A stretch of DNA of 64,000 nucleotides from positions 289,766 through 353,765 of the IMG/VR virus record IMGVR_UViG_3300028735_000003; one strand, written 5' to 3'. Position 1 is the stretch's first letter, and each line of letters starts with the position of its first letter. The position numbers were made by a program, and so were the translations under genes. This document shows positions 1-10,796 of this stretch, one piece after another. Below the pieces are notes generated by a model that was given only the letters and a program-made list of their open reading frames with translations, ran no database searches and was not told the origin of the DNA.

Positions 1-11
1 TTTAACTTTCT

Positions 12-1325
12 TTATTTATTGAAATATTTTTCAGTTTTAATAACGTTACTACCATTTAAAATATTTTTATCCTTTATTAAGGACTTAAGCGCCGCATTTA
101 TATCAGAAGCTATAGGAGACTTGCGATTGTGTGATAATGCTTCGAACATAGCTGAAATATAAAGCTCTTTCAAATATGCATAAGAAAAATTGTTTTGAAC
201 AGCATATCTTGCAAGATCTTTAGCCTTCGCCATATTGATCATATTACCAAACCATCTCTTAATATATATATAAGCCATTTCTTGAGTTGGTAAAGGAATT
301 TCGAATTTTCTATCAAATCTTGATGGTCTATCAGTAATATTCTTTTTTAATTTTGTAATATCATTGGCAGTAGCTATAACAAGCAAACCGTTTGTCGCAG
401 ATATACCATCCATTAGGTTTAAGAAAGATGATGTATCAATATTCTCTAAAAGAGAATCTAAATCCTCAAAATATAACAAAGATGGACTTTGTCTTTCGGC
501 GTAATCAAATGCATCACGAACCATACTGGTTGTTGCATCAGAAACGATAGTTACAGGTTTAAAATTATAAACAGATATAATTGTCTTAATTATAGAAGTC
601 TTGCCATTGCCTGGTTTACCATACAACAGAATTCCGCGCTTCCAAGGAATCTTGTTTTGTATATAAAATTCGCGTGATGACAAAAAACTTTCAACTAAGC
701 CCCTTAAACTATTCTTAATAGAATCAGGTAAGAACAGATCATCCCAAGTAGAACTTCTATCATAAGGTATATCATCATCGCCAATAACCCTAATATGTAG
801 ATTAGATCTATCTCTGTCTTGCACCCAACTATCAAACCTATTTCTCATAGAGACATAAGCTTCATAGTTAGATTCAGAAACCAATACAAAAAAACTTATT
901 TCATCTTCATTTTGATTTCCTTTATGGAAAAGAGCAGCATGAATAAACTCAAGACCTTTTCCTTTAATTAAGAATACCCCTTGAATAAAGAATTTTTCGA
1001 AATCGTGTTCTGTTTTCCATGAAATTATTGAATCCTTGTACACACACTCAACGGTCAAATTTTGCTCTTTACAAAACTGTAAAAATTGCCCATCAATAAT
1101 TATTCTATTTTGAACAAACTTATTTATATTATTACGATCACTTAGTAATGATAATGAACCTTCCAGTACCCAATTCATCAGATCTATAAAGTTAGCTGTT
1201 GGTCTGGGCGCCCTAGAAGAAAAACGTCCAGTAGATGATAAATCTGCAAGATATTTCTCAGTTAAGTGTTCCTGGCGTTCTAACTCTTCTGAAGATACAT
1301 AAACTAAATTATTATTATTTTTCAT
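12..1325 (-). CDS. AAA+ ATPase (single AAA module, BCS1/FtsH/CDC48-like) with unknown N-terminal domain
   Basis: Walker A GKPGNGKT, Walker B LLYFEDLD, second region of homology RPSRFDR. Confidence 0.85.
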   Translation of the reverse strand: MKNNNNLVYVSSEELERQEHLTEKYLADLSSTGRFSSRAPRPTANFIDLMNWVLEGSLSLLSDRNNINKFVQNRIIIDGQFLQFCKEQNLTVECVYKDSIISWKTEHDFEKFFIQGVFLIKGKGLEFIHAALFHKGNQNEDEISFFVLVSESNYEAYVSMRNRFDSWVQDRDRSNLHIRVIGDDDIPYDRSSTWDDLFLPDSIKNSLRGLVESFLSSREFYIQNKIPWKRGILLYGKPGNGKTSIIKTIISVYNFKPVTIVSDATTSMVRDAFDYAERQSPSLLYFEDLDSLLENIDTSSFLNLMDGISATNGLLVIATANDITKLKKNITDRPSRFDRKFEIPLPTQEMAYIYIKRWFGNMINMAKAKDLARYAVQNNFSYAYLKELYISAMFEALSHNRKSPIASDINAALKSLIKDKNILNGSNVIKTEKYFNK

Positions 1326-1332
1326 TTAACTC

Positions 1333-3141
1333 TTACTCAGACTTTGTTGTAACCTGTTCGTTTTGTGTTAATGATTTCGTATTATTACATTTTGGATATG
1401 CAGAACATGCTAGGAACTTACTTCCGTCTCTCTTTGCCGTTCTATTATACATTGGACTTCCACATTTGTCGCATAATACCCCACCATGTCTCAAATATGC
1501 TTTATCTAGCTCAGCTTTAAAAGCCGGGTAGAATTTTTTAAGCATATCTATATAGTCTACTTTTTTATGTTCTACATCATCCAATTGTTTTTCCATCTTA
1601 GCTGTATAATCATAATCCATAAAAGTAAAATATTCTTTTAAAATATCTGTAATCTTCTTTCCAAGATCAGTTGCATGAAATACGTTATTTTTATTTTCAA
1701 CATAATTTCTAGCAGTAATCTTACTTAACAATTCGGCATAAGTAGCTGGACGACCTATATTTTTTGAATCAAGCTCTTTGATAAGTTTATCTATAGAGTA
1801 TCTGGGGGGTGGCTGAGTTTGTTTCTTCTCCATCTTGACAGCTTTGGGTCCGGATAATTTAAGAATATCTCCTTTTTTCAAATTAGGTATATCTATTGAG
1901 CTGGTGTCGTTGACACCTAATATATCCAAGAATCCTTTAGACTTCAACGCTTTTCCTGACGCCTTAACTTCTGCTGACTTGTCACCTTTAACATGTGCAG
2001 TAACTTTTAACGTATTATATACGGCAGGAAGCATTTGGCTTGCTACAAAATATTTCCAAATTGTCTCATATACTAGTTTTTCATCTGGATCAATAATTGC
2101 CATATTATTGTGTGGAAGCAAAGTTATCTCTGTTGGCCTAATGCATTCGTGTGCATCTTGAGCGGCATCTTTGTTATTATACTTGTTAGGTGTTGCTGGT
2201 ATCTTATAACCTTCATTAGTTAACCAATCTCTTACATCAACAATCGCCTCCTCACCGACTCTAACAGAGTCAGTTCTAATGTAAGAACAATATCCACTTT
2301 CATATAATGACTGCGCAGCTTTCATAGTTCTATCTGCTGCAAATCCATGATTCTTAGACATGATACGTTGTAGGGTGGAAGTAACTAATGGTGCAACAGG
2401 ATATTTTAGCTCTTCATTGGCAATCACATTTGACACTATATATTCTGCATTTTTGTCACCCAACTTATCCTTCATGGCATTTGCCGATGCCAAATCTGTA
2501 AGCTTTCCAGAATATTTAGCGATAAAGCTATCGTTACCATTTGATAGATTTACTTGAATAGTCCAGAACTCTTCTGGAAGAAAAGCTTCAATTTCTCTTT
2601 CTCTATCAACAATCATTCTAGTTACAACAGATTGGACTCTGCCTGCTGATAACTTCGGACCAAAAAAGTTCATCAAAAATGGCGACGCCATAAATCCAAC
2701 TATACGATCTAAAATTCTTCTTGCTTCCTGAGCATGGAAAAGATCCATGTCAATATCTCTTGGGTTCTTTAAAGACTTCATTACTACAGATTTCTTAATC
2801 TCATTAAAAACTACACGTTTTATTGGTTTTCCAATATCTTCAAGCCTAGTTTTCAGATGCCAAGCTATTGCTTCTCCCTCTCTATCAGGGTCAGATGCAA
2901 TCAATATTTGATCACATTCTTTTGCAGCAGACATAAGATCATCTAATACCTTTACCTTATCATCACTTAATACATACCTTGGCTTAAAATTATTTTCAAT
3001 ATCAACTCCAATCCCTAATCTTCCACCCTTTGCTAACTCAGTAATATGACCAATACTAGCCATAACAACATAGTCTTTACCAAGAAAACCCTGTATAGTA
3101 TTAGCCTTATGCGGTGACTCAACAATTATTAATGTTTTCAT
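1333..3141 (-). CDS. topA: DNA topoisomerase IA
   Basis: TOPRIM IVESPHK and ASDPDREGEAI, SAGRVQS, catalytic-region SYIRTDS, AQDAHECIRPT, C-terminal C4 zinc ribbon. Confidence 0.97.
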   Translation of the reverse strand: MKTLIIVESPHKANTIQGFLGKDYVVMASIGHITELAKGGRLGIGVDIENNFKPRYVLSDDKVKVLDDLMSAAKECDQILIASDPDREGEAIAWHLKTRLEDIGKPIKRVVFNEIKKSVVMKSLKNPRDIDMDLFHAQEARRILDRIVGFMASPFLMNFFGPKLSAGRVQSVVTRMIVDREREIEAFLPEEFWTIQVNLSNGNDSFIAKYSGKLTDLASANAMKDKLGDKNAEYIVSNVIANEELKYPVAPLVTSTLQRIMSKNHGFAADRTMKAAQSLYESGYCSYIRTDSVRVGEEAIVDVRDWLTNEGYKIPATPNKYNNKDAAQDAHECIRPTEITLLPHNNMAIIDPDEKLVYETIWKYFVASQMLPAVYNTLKVTAHVKGDKSAEVKASGKALKSKGFLDILGVNDTSSIDIPNLKKGDILKLSGPKAVKMEKKQTQPPPRYSIDKLIKELDSKNIGRPATYAELLSKITARNYVENKNNVFHATDLGKKITDILKEYFTFMDYDYTAKMEKQLDDVEHKKVDYIDMLKKFYPAFKAELDKAYLRHGGVLCDKCGSPMYNRTAKRDGSKFLACSAYPKCNNTKSLTQNEQVTTKSE

Positions 3142-3232
3142 ACCAAATCCTTATTAGACAACTTATGTTCAGTCGCATACGCCCAATGTAAATATTCAAA
3201 AAAACTGCACAAGTTCTACAAAATATTTAATA

Positions 3233-3676
3233 TTAGAATAATTTATCAAATATTCTGTCGGATTTTCTGTTTACAATTTCTATAATATTCTGTATTGCTT
3301 TTTGTTTAAAACACCAATTTGTTCTTCCACAATCACATGTTAAATATTCATAATAATCATTTTTAATATCTAAACCGTGTTTATGATGAACGCTGGAATC
3401 ATATGACTTATATGATGGATCAAATGATAATAATGATATGTTCTTAAAATCTCTTGGTGACTCAATATAATAAAAGTCGCTACACATTCTATCAGTATTT
3501 CTTACCACCCACCTAAATGCACTTAAGAAGTGTACTATATCTTTTTGATGTACATTTAATCTGGTTTTAAAATAATAAGTTGGTGGAGATGAGCAATATT
3601 TGCATCTTGCACGAGCCAAAAAAGTTGATGATAACTTAATATGTATTCCATCTTTATATTCGTTTCTTTTTGACAT
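3233..3676 (-). CDS. hypothetical protein with CxxC/CxC motifs
   Basis: 147-aa ORF, start overlaps stop of upstream ORF; CKYC and CDC. Confidence 0.6.
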   Translation of the reverse strand: MSKRNEYKDGIHIKLSSTFLARARCKYCSSPPTYYFKTRLNVHQKDIVHFLSAFRWVVRNTDRMCSDFYYIESPRDFKNISLLSFDPSYKSYDSSVHHKHGLDIKNDYYEYLTCDCGRTNWCFKQKAIQNIIEIVNRKSDRIFDKLF

Positions 3677-5016
3677 TATTCGTATCTTTTGCCTAAAAGA
3701 TCAAGCGCACTATCTACAATCTTTTTCCTGATTCTGTTAATATATACCATGCCGCCCATTTGATAGTGTGGTGGTACACGAAGATGTGTTACTGTAACCT
3801 CTGTGCCAGGCAATATATCTTGCATTTTGATCTTAGAAAACCCATAGCTCTTTACATTGGCTAGCAGAGGTTCTTTCGTAGTTTTATCAATCACATTCAA
3901 AAGCTTTCCAATATAAAATGGCTGAGAATAGGAGGCTTTTCTTCCTCCAATATAAAATTCTTGCGTGTTGTTTTTTATATCAAGTTTATCATTTACTACA
4001 GCATCAAATACACTTATTCCGTCGAATATATGTAAATTAGGATCTAATAAAGAATCTACCCTATAGATCTTACCCCTTTTCTTAAAACAGAATGGGAATG
4101 AATCTTCCAACAACCTAATATACTCTTGAAAAATCTTGTTCTGAAAGCCACCAGTACGTCTTTTATGCAAAAGATACTCAACAATTTCTTCCGGATATAT
4201 CTCCAGCATGTTCTTAAAAGCCTGATAAACTAGTACTTTATGAATTAAAGTAAAATCCGTTCCATTATATGGAACATTATTGCTTTGATTGTCAATAATA
4301 TCTTTTAATAGTCTTACATTATTATCTAGTTCTTCATTACGCTTTAATTGTGTATGAGAATCTATACTTAATAAGCTATTATCTACTTTTATAACAAGAT
4401 CTGTGTCTCCGAAAAATCTTTCCGGATTTGTTTGTGAACTTGGATGGTTCATCTTTTTTAGATCTGTTATGTTACCAACAAAATAACAATCCAAGTACGG
4501 ACAAGAAATCGTATCAGAACCGCCATATATTGGCTTTGGAATAAATCTATTACAATTTGGGCATTTATAACCATTCTTGTTGTGATGCTTAAACGATTTA
4601 AAAAAGCTCTGTTTTTTATGGTCTGTTGTTGATAAGTATGCGCGTGAACACTCATCACATTTAAATATATTGCCTGTAGGTATAATAAGATTGGTCTTAC
4701 ACAAGAACAAACAACCGGGACATAGATATTCTATGGTTTTCTTATAAGATTGCGCCGCAAGTTGCTTTGCAAATGTATTAGATATATAGAATAAATATGA
4801 GTCTACGCCCTCAGTGGAATTATTATTATTGACAAATGTCACACAACCAGATCTTAATTTACCTATTAATTCTGATATAAAGGCATCAAAAGATAAATTA
4901 GTAGCGTATGGATTAGATACTCTATGCAGAGTAGATAACCCTCTATCATACCTTTCCAAAAAATCTTGAACTATAGCATCAATATCTGATAGATTTAACT
5001 GACTAGTTTCTTCCAT
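3676..5016 (-). CDS. hypothetical protein with four Cys pairs (probable zinc fingers)
   Basis: CPGC, CDEC, CPNC, CPYLDC in a 446-aa ORF overlapping ftsK. Confidence 0.7.
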   Translation of the reverse strand: MEETSQLNLSDIDAIVQDFLERYDRGLSTLHRVSNPYATNLSFDAFISELIGKLRSGCVTFVNNNNSTEGVDSYLFYISNTFAKQLAAQSYKKTIEYLCPGCLFLCKTNLIIPTGNIFKCDECSRAYLSTTDHKKQSFFKSFKHHNKNGYKCPNCNRFIPKPIYGGSDTISCPYLDCYFVGNITDLKKMNHPSSQTNPERFFGDTDLVIKVDNSLLSIDSHTQLKRNEELDNNVRLLKDIIDNQSNNVPYNGTDFTLIHKVLVYQAFKNMLEIYPEEIVEYLLHKRRTGGFQNKIFQEYIRLLEDSFPFCFKKRGKIYRVDSLLDPNLHIFDGISVFDAVVNDKLDIKNNTQEFYIGGRKASYSQPFYIGKLLNVIDKTTKEPLLANVKSYGFSKIKMQDILPGTEVTVTHLRVPPHYQMGGMVYINRIRKKIVDSALDLLGKRYE

Positions 5017-6016
5017 TTAACCTACCAAAAAAATTGCAAACTTCAGCAGCATCTGTATATGCAATCTGGAATCTTTCCAAAAATCTTAAATGATCTTTTA
5101 GTAAAGCATCACCCATTCCATACAAATGTTCTGCACCAATAGTGTCTAATATAATCTTAGAATCGACATGACTAGCTACTTGACATGCGATACGAACTGG
5201 AAAATTAGATTTTATTGTTCCATCAATAATATTAGCTGATGGACGCTGAGTAGATAAAACTATAGAAATCTTAGCCGCTCTACACTTTTGCGCTAAACGA
5301 CATAGTTTAGTGTAGAATTTATTATCGGCGTCTTGTAATATAATGTCAGCAAACTCATCAATCATCAATACGACATATGGAATATGTGAAGATGGTATTC
5401 CTTTTTTTAGTAGTTCGTATCTGAACTCCATCACCTTTAGCAATGTATCTAAAGTATTAATTGTATCTTTATATGTATAACCGACTTGTACATTCTTGAA
5501 ATTATACTTTTCATATTCATAAAATTCAATGCCCTTTGGATCTATCAAAAATGTAAAAACATTGTTATAGTTCATAATATTAGCGATTAGGTTATGCATC
5601 AGTGTACTCTTGCCTGAGCCAGTGGTTCCAGCAATAATCATATGAGGATTCTTAGCTAAATCCATCCAAACACGCTTTCCAAAAATATCTTGCCCCAATA
5701 GGCAAATCACATCACCATCTGGAACTTCATCGTCAACAGCAAAGTACTCAAATAGATTTAATGTCGAAGTTCTACGTGTAACAAATTCCAATCTCACAAT
5801 ACCTTCGTCATAAAGTACTTTTATTGTAGGTCTTCCTGGCGCCTTAAGTGACATGGAAATTTCATCACAATATTTATGGACGTCTTTAACTTTGGCGCCC
5901 CGTTCTAAAACCAAATCATAGAATGCATAGTTATCAGTGTTTTTGTAATTTATACAATTAGCCCTAATATGAAGAGATTTTAGAATCTCATTCATTCTAG
6001 CAACATTATCCATCAC
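5003..6016 (-). CDS. ftsK: FtsK/SpoIIIE-family DNA translocase motor domain (no membrane anchor)
   Basis: PHMIIAGTTGSGKS, LIDPK, Walker B LMIDEFAD, STQRPS, NFPVRIA, LYGMGDAL. Confidence 0.9.
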   Translation of the reverse strand: MMDNVARMNEILKSLHIRANCINYKNTDNYAFYDLVLERGAKVKDVHKYCDEISMSLKAPGRPTIKVLYDEGIVRLEFVTRRTSTLNLFEYFAVDDEVPDGDVICLLGQDIFGKRVWMDLAKNPHMIIAGTTGSGKSTLMHNLIANIMNYNNVFTFLIDPKGIEFYEYEKYNFKNVQVGYTYKDTINTLDTLLKVMEFRYELLKKGIPSSHIPYVVLMIDEFADIILQDADNKFYTKLCRLAQKCRAAKISIVLSTQRPSANIIDGTIKSNFPVRIACQVASHVDSKIILDTIGAEHLYGMGDALLKDHLRFLERFQIAYTDAAEVCNFFGRLNGRN

Positions 6017-6085
6017 TACACCTCTGAGATAGATACCCCTCTATTTCAGTAGAAATATAATCACGAATTTAGTACGTGCAAGGGC

Positions 6086-6493
6086 TCAGTATTTTACTAA
6101 ATTGTTATATTTTCTAGCAATAATTTTTTTTAATTCAGATTCAGTGGGGGTAATAAAGCCAACTTTATCGCCCACCTTTATATTAGCACTATCTATTGTA
6201 CCAAATGGAAATTCTACAACCAAATCACTAGGCTGATCTTCTCCGACAGTATGTGTAGTGAACGGTTCTCCAACACATATTTGCGTAATTTTTCCATTAC
6301 AGCAGAACACAATGTCTAATGGGCTTGGCGTATTTTTCATCCAAAATTTATTAATCCTAGGCGAAGAATATACAAAAGACATGATTGGCGGTGGAAATGG
6401 CTCAAACATCAATCCCATAGATTGTTCATCTTCGGATATTGCCAATAATGTAGGAAATACATTATCATTGATATATATGTAACCATGTTCCAT
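6086..6493 (-). CDS. DUF192 family protein
   Basis: GLMF and FWMKNTPSPLDIVF signature. Confidence 0.85.
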   Translation of the reverse strand: MEHGYIYINDNVFPTLLAISEDEQSMGLMFEPFPPPIMSFVYSSPRINKFWMKNTPSPLDIVFCCNGKITQICVGEPFTTHTVGEDQPSDLVVEFPFGTIDSANIKVGDKVGFITPTESELKKIIARKYNNLVKY

Positions 6494-6504
6494 TACTTAT
6501 TGCC

Positions 6505-7995
6505 TCATCTAGACGTATCCACTGGAAAAGTTATTCTTGGAACCAATCTTTCAGCCAATTGTCTATTCTTACGGCTCATGATCAATTTATCAAGTCTTGT
6601 CTTTTGATCTAAAGGTAGATTACTAGTATCTAGTTGCATTGTAGACAATATAGATTCCAAACTTTCTTTCATTACAAAATAAGGTTTTATGATGCGCTCA
6701 CTCAGTAACTCTGTAAGCTTATCTGGAATAAAATCTTTTTCAAGTTCATTCATAAACTCATCTAAACCTTTTCTCATATCTTCAGCATAATTATACGCCA
6801 ATAATCTGCTTGAATTCGTTTTTCTAGTAATAATAGATCTTAGCAATTTACCATGCATTTTGCTAAGCAAATAATCTGCTTGAACTTCTAAACCAGAACC
6901 AGAATAATCTTCGAATGCAATAGCAGATAGTTCAGCAATCTCAGATAATGATGTCGCATTTGTGTTTCGTACAGAATTTAAACCCATCAAAATCGCATTA
7001 TATGTGGAAACTATTTGCTCTGCTAGAATGGTTTTCATTTTAGCATTATCTGTATTAAGATATTTATCTAATAACGAAATAATTTCAACTCTCATGGATT
7101 GATCCATATCCAAGAATAAAGTGGAAGCCTTTTGCCAATCTGGTATAATCTTGGTATCCACTTCTTGAATGATTCTATTCGCTATAGATTCAGTAGATTT
7201 ACTAGGTGCTGCTAGCGGGATTTCTCTAGTACCAATTGGGGTTACTTCTGATGCACCTCCGGATGTTCTTTCTGGCGATTTTTCCACTACATTTGGTTTG
7301 GGTTCCATGTCTTCAAGTTTTTTTGCAGCTACTTGCAAAGATTGAAACATTTCATTCCATCTATTCTCAATTTCTATAAGAATAGAATTTGCTTCTTCAA
7401 GTCCCTCAAAATCATCACTAAAGGATTTAAACTTTACTATATTGGATTGAAATTTAGAACACAACTTATATATTTGATGTGCCGAAGTTAATAGACTAAT
7501 TCTTGCTCTACGTTTGATAGCAGCAGCACTATTACCAAATCTCGGTCCCCTTAGCGTTGATAAGAATCTAGTTAAAGGATTTGATCCTACTGAAATTAAT
7601 TCTGCCATTTCTACACTAGCTGACAATGGTAATGACAATTGTTTAGTTAAATCTGGTGACACTGGAGTTTCTGGCGAAGCAGCGGGTTGTTTAGGTCTCT
7701 TCTTCCTTCTAGTTTGAGAATATGCAATTTGTGCTGCAATTATATCATTTCCTTCGTTTACAATTTCTACAAAATCTTTACCTAACACACCAAGTATGGT
7801 TGCCGGATCTTTTGGAATAGGATCAGTTATCCTAGATCTTTCCATTAAAAACTTAGATGGCCAACCGTTCATCATCTTTTTCAGATGAATAAGATCATCA
7901 ATGAATTCTGACACTTTCTTGTTCCATCTGGCTTTGCGCTCTCTAAGAGATTGCTGAACAGGATCAGATGATTTTTTTTGTGCTGTAACAATCAT
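6505..7995 (-). CDS. hypothetical helical protein
   Basis: 496-aa ORF, no recognised family. Confidence 0.7.
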   Translation of the reverse strand: MIVTAQKKSSDPVQQSLRERKARWNKKVSEFIDDLIHLKKMMNGWPSKFLMERSRITDPIPKDPATILGVLGKDFVEIVNEGNDIIAAQIAYSQTRRKKRPKQPAASPETPVSPDLTKQLSLPLSASVEMAELISVGSNPLTRFLSTLRGPRFGNSAAAIKRRARISLLTSAHQIYKLCSKFQSNIVKFKSFSDDFEGLEEANSILIEIENRWNEMFQSLQVAAKKLEDMEPKPNVVEKSPERTSGGASEVTPIGTREIPLAAPSKSTESIANRIIQEVDTKIIPDWQKASTLFLDMDQSMRVEIISLLDKYLNTDNAKMKTILAEQIVSTYNAILMGLNSVRNTNATSLSEIAELSAIAFEDYSGSGLEVQADYLLSKMHGKLLRSIITRKTNSSRLLAYNYAEDMRKGLDEFMNELEKDFIPDKLTELLSERIIKPYFVMKESLESILSTMQLDTSNLPLDQKTRLDKLIMSRKNRQLAERLVPRITFPVDTSR

Positions 7996-8075
7996 ATATT
8001 AATGAACAAATATTACTATTTAATGGCTATACCCACACTATCTAAGTAGTACACCAGACAACACAAAATAACAAA

Positions 8076-8657
8076 TCATATTACATGATCAATTATGCCA
8101 TATTTCAAAGCTTCATTTGGTTCCAGAAATAAATCCCTTTTGCAATCTTCCTTTACTTTATTCAAATCATTTCCAGTACTATCTGCTAACATCTTCATAA
8201 GTTTATCATTATTCTTCTTAGCGAATTCAAAATAATTTTTCGAATTAACCTGGTCATCTCCAGGTATAGGAAATTCGAATTGAATACCATGGATCATGAT
8301 TTTAGAATTTTTGTAAGCATATCTTTTGCCCTTAGTACCGGATGCCAATAATATCGCTGCGGCAGAAAACGCTTTACCTAAACATATTGTTTTTACAGGG
8401 GCTCTGATCATATTAATAACGTCATAAATTTGCACTAACGCATCTCCATCTCCACCATTTGAATGTATATAAATACTAATATCATCGGTTGGGCTCATAT
8501 TATCATAATACAATAATAAAGCCGACAATTCTGATGCCACCTCTTTTGTAATACCTTCCTTAAGAAATATTATTCTGTCTTTTGACAAAAAAACATATGA
8601 TGTGTCATATTTTGTGTTCTTTAATAGTAAAAGATTCTCTGCTTCATATAATTTCAT
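8076..8657 (-). CDS. clpP: ATP-dependent Clp protease proteolytic subunit, intact Ser-His-Asp triad
   Basis: IHSNGG, GKAFSAA (Ser), IMIHG (His), RDLFL (Asp), YGIID. Confidence 0.93.
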   Translation of the reverse strand: MKLYEAENLLLLKNTKYDTSYVFLSKDRIIFLKEGITKEVASELSALLLYYDNMSPTDDISIYIHSNGGDGDALVQIYDVINMIRAPVKTICLGKAFSAAAILLASGTKGKRYAYKNSKIMIHGIQFEFPIPGDDQVNSKNYFEFAKKNNDKLMKMLADSTGNDLNKVKEDCKRDLFLEPNEALKYGIIDHVI

Positions 8658-8669
8658 AATACAAAAACC

Positions 8670-9254
8670 TTATTTCCTAAAAGGAACCACCTTATCTATA
8701 AACCCTCTTTTAAGTGCTTGACGACTATCCATAAAAACAAGTCTTTCATATTTAGACATTGCTTGTTTTAATGATATATTAGTTTTTCTTGCAATTATAT
8801 CCATCATCTTTTTATTATCGCTTAAAGAATGGTTTAGCATGGTTTGAGCATCAGTTATATCAGAATGATGTACCCAGCTATTAACTAACTGCCCTGCGCA
8901 AATAATAGAATTCTTAGTTGCCAACCTCATACCAGGTGTTCCAGCAACCAATAAAATGACTGCCTCTTTCATAGCTGAGCCGATACATACAGTCTCTATT
9001 GGAGAATCGATCATAGTAATCATATCATAAATTGCCAAAGCACTTCTTATGTCTCCTCCTCTAGAATTAATAAATATGGTTATTTTATTATCAGAATCTT
9101 CACTATCTAGTAATAATAATGTGGCTGATATATCTGCAGCCATGTCATCATCAATATCTCCAGATACGAATAATATTCGATCATTAGATAACTTCTGAAA
9201 CACATCAATAGATACTTCGCCTTCTTCAGTATTTTCAGTTACTATAGTATTCAA
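8670..9254 (-). CDS. ClpP-fold protein lacking the catalytic triad (ClpR-like)
   Basis: DRILF, INSRGG, GFIDKV retained; GSAMKEA (Ser>Lys), ICAGQ (His>Gly), ERLVF (Asp>Leu). Confidence 0.88.
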   Translation of the reverse strand: MNTIVTENTEEGEVSIDVFQKLSNDRILFVSGDIDDDMAADISATLLLLDSEDSDNKITIFINSRGGDIRSALAIYDMITMIDSPIETVCIGSAMKEAVILLVAGTPGMRLATKNSIICAGQLVNSWVHHSDITDAQTMLNHSLSDNKKMMDIIARKTNISLKQAMSKYERLVFMDSRQALKRGFIDKVVPFRK

Positions 9255-9616
9255 CTTTGTTCCCTATTCCTCTGTTTTTCCTCTATCTCTCGATCTTCTG
9301 CACAATCAACACATATTTCGACGTAAGGATTGAATAACAATCTTTTCTCTGGAATATCTTCACCACAATCATCACAAATTCCATATGTGCTGTTTTTCAG
9401 TTTAGCTAATGCGGTCTCAATCTGAACAAGCTTTTGAGCATTTCGTGTACTTAGTTGGTTTTGCATTTCAATTAATAAATTACCCTGGATTTCGTCATAT
9501 TCATCTCCGTCAGTGTCAATCTCTATATCCTGTTCCATATTAGCTGTAATTATAAGCTGACGTTTCTGCGCCAGCAATTCTTCTTCAATCTTCTTAAGAA
9601 AAGCTTTACTTAACAT
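9251..9616 (-). CDS. dksA: DksA/TraR C4 zinc-finger RNA polymerase regulator
   Basis: Coiled coil with acidic tip DEYD; YGICDDCGEDIPEKRL...CVDC. Confidence 0.9.
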   Translation of the reverse strand: MLSKAFLKKIEEELLAQKRQLIITANMEQDIEIDTDGDEYDEIQGNLLIEMQNQLSTRNAQKLVQIETALAKLKNSTYGICDDCGEDIPEKRLLFNPYVEICVDCAEDREIEEKQRNREQS

Positions 9617-9996
9617 TACATAAACCTCAAGTCAGAAATGGGTACTGTAATAGTACCAGTTGGTGCAGATGCTTTCTTACCATCTACTCGTTTAATAAAA
9701 ACGAGATATGCCTGATTTTCAGGCTCTTTTAACAAAAAGGCATTAACATACCAATCATTGAATATTGCTTTCTTGGTCTGATTAGAAAATTTTAACATTC
9801 TTGTAGTCTCCAGTACATGCGATTTTTTCTTATAAAAAGGACCAAGAATTTCTTTTGCTTTTAAAGATGTTTGCTCACTGAACAAATTTCCAGCTTCATC
9901 CTGAGATGAAGCGGCAATAATTCTATTAATTAGATCGCCATTTTCTCCAATAGAACTACATACATATACTACCTGTCTGGCACCCTTTCTACTCAT
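9616..9996 (-). CDS. hypothetical protein
   Basis: 126-aa ORF translationally coupled in operon. Confidence 0.6.
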   Translation of the reverse strand: MSRKGARQVVYVCSSIGENGDLINRIIAASSQDEAGNLFSEQTSLKAKEILGPFYKKKSHVLETTRMLKFSNQTKKAIFNDWYVNAFLLKEPENQAYLVFIKRVDGKKASAPTGTITVPISDLRFM

Positions 9997-10329
9997 TTAG
10001 CCATCCTTAAACGTCCTGTCAATATCTAAAAAATCACAGATTTTTTTTCTAATTTTTGTAACAAGTGAAAATCGCAATATTTTGTTACCATTAGATTGAA
10101 GAACCTTATTATACCTAACATCATGATATCGTCTTGGTTTCATCTGCTTTAATGAAATAGTTCCAAAATTAACTATCTTTATGTCTTTTCCATTATTCAA
10201 ATCCTTAATCAACTCGTCAAATAATATTGATATAACACTATAAACATGTGCGTGATGAATAGCCCTATTAATTCTTAGATTAACATATTGCCATAGTATT
10301 TTTCTACTTATGCTTGTTGGTATATTCAT
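9997..10329 (-). CDS. HU/IHF-like DNA-binding protein
   Basis: GKDIKIVNFGTI...PRRYHD...FSLVTKIRK matches the HU/IHF pattern. Confidence 0.8.
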   Translation of the reverse strand: MNIPTSISRKILWQYVNLRINRAIHHAHVYSVISILFDELIKDLNNGKDIKIVNFGTISLKQMKPRRYHDVRYNKVLQSNGNKILRFSLVTKIRKKICDFLDIDRTFKDG

Positions 10330-10332
10330 TAA

Positions 10333-10794
10333 TCAACTCTTCAACACAAATTTTACATATTCACCGAATAATTCTCCTCTTAACAAATAATTTCCGACTT
10401 TTGATACTACTTTGTGCTCCAACAATTGCTTCACACAAAATATAATGTCCTCAACAGAATATCCTTTGTTATAAAGAGAATCCATGCTTATTGCCGAATC
10501 TTTTATATTATCACATATCAATTTGCATATATGCTGATTTTGAATTTTAAAGAGAGATAATATTTTAGATTCGGCATTTTTTTTAGAATTATCTTGTTTT
10601 TCAAAAACAGAAACGACATCAATAAGATTACACCTAACTCTTTTGAGAGTTTCTGCTTCTCTAATTTTAGAATCAATCGTATCAATCTGAGATTTAGCAC
10701 ATCTAACAATATCTTCCGTTGAAGATATGTTTTTTGAAACACATTCACTTATAAATTGGCTCAAAAAGTCAGAATCGATCTTCCTTCCTCTCAT
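10333..10794 (-). CDS. hypothetical protein
   Basis: 153-aa ORF in operon. Confidence 0.6.
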   Translation of the reverse strand: MRGRKIDSDFLSQFISECVSKNISSTEDIVRCAKSQIDTIDSKIREAETLKRVRCNLIDVVSVFEKQDNSKKNAESKILSLFKIQNQHICKLICDNIKDSAISMDSLYNKGYSVEDIIFCVKQLLEHKVVSKVGNYLLRGELFGEYVKFVLKS

Positions 10795-10796
10795 AG

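Noticed and set aside
4760-5016. Sigma-factor region 2 resemblance in the N-terminus of the 446-aa zinc-finger ORF
   Set aside because: Only a loose helical pattern with no region 4; needs a profile search.
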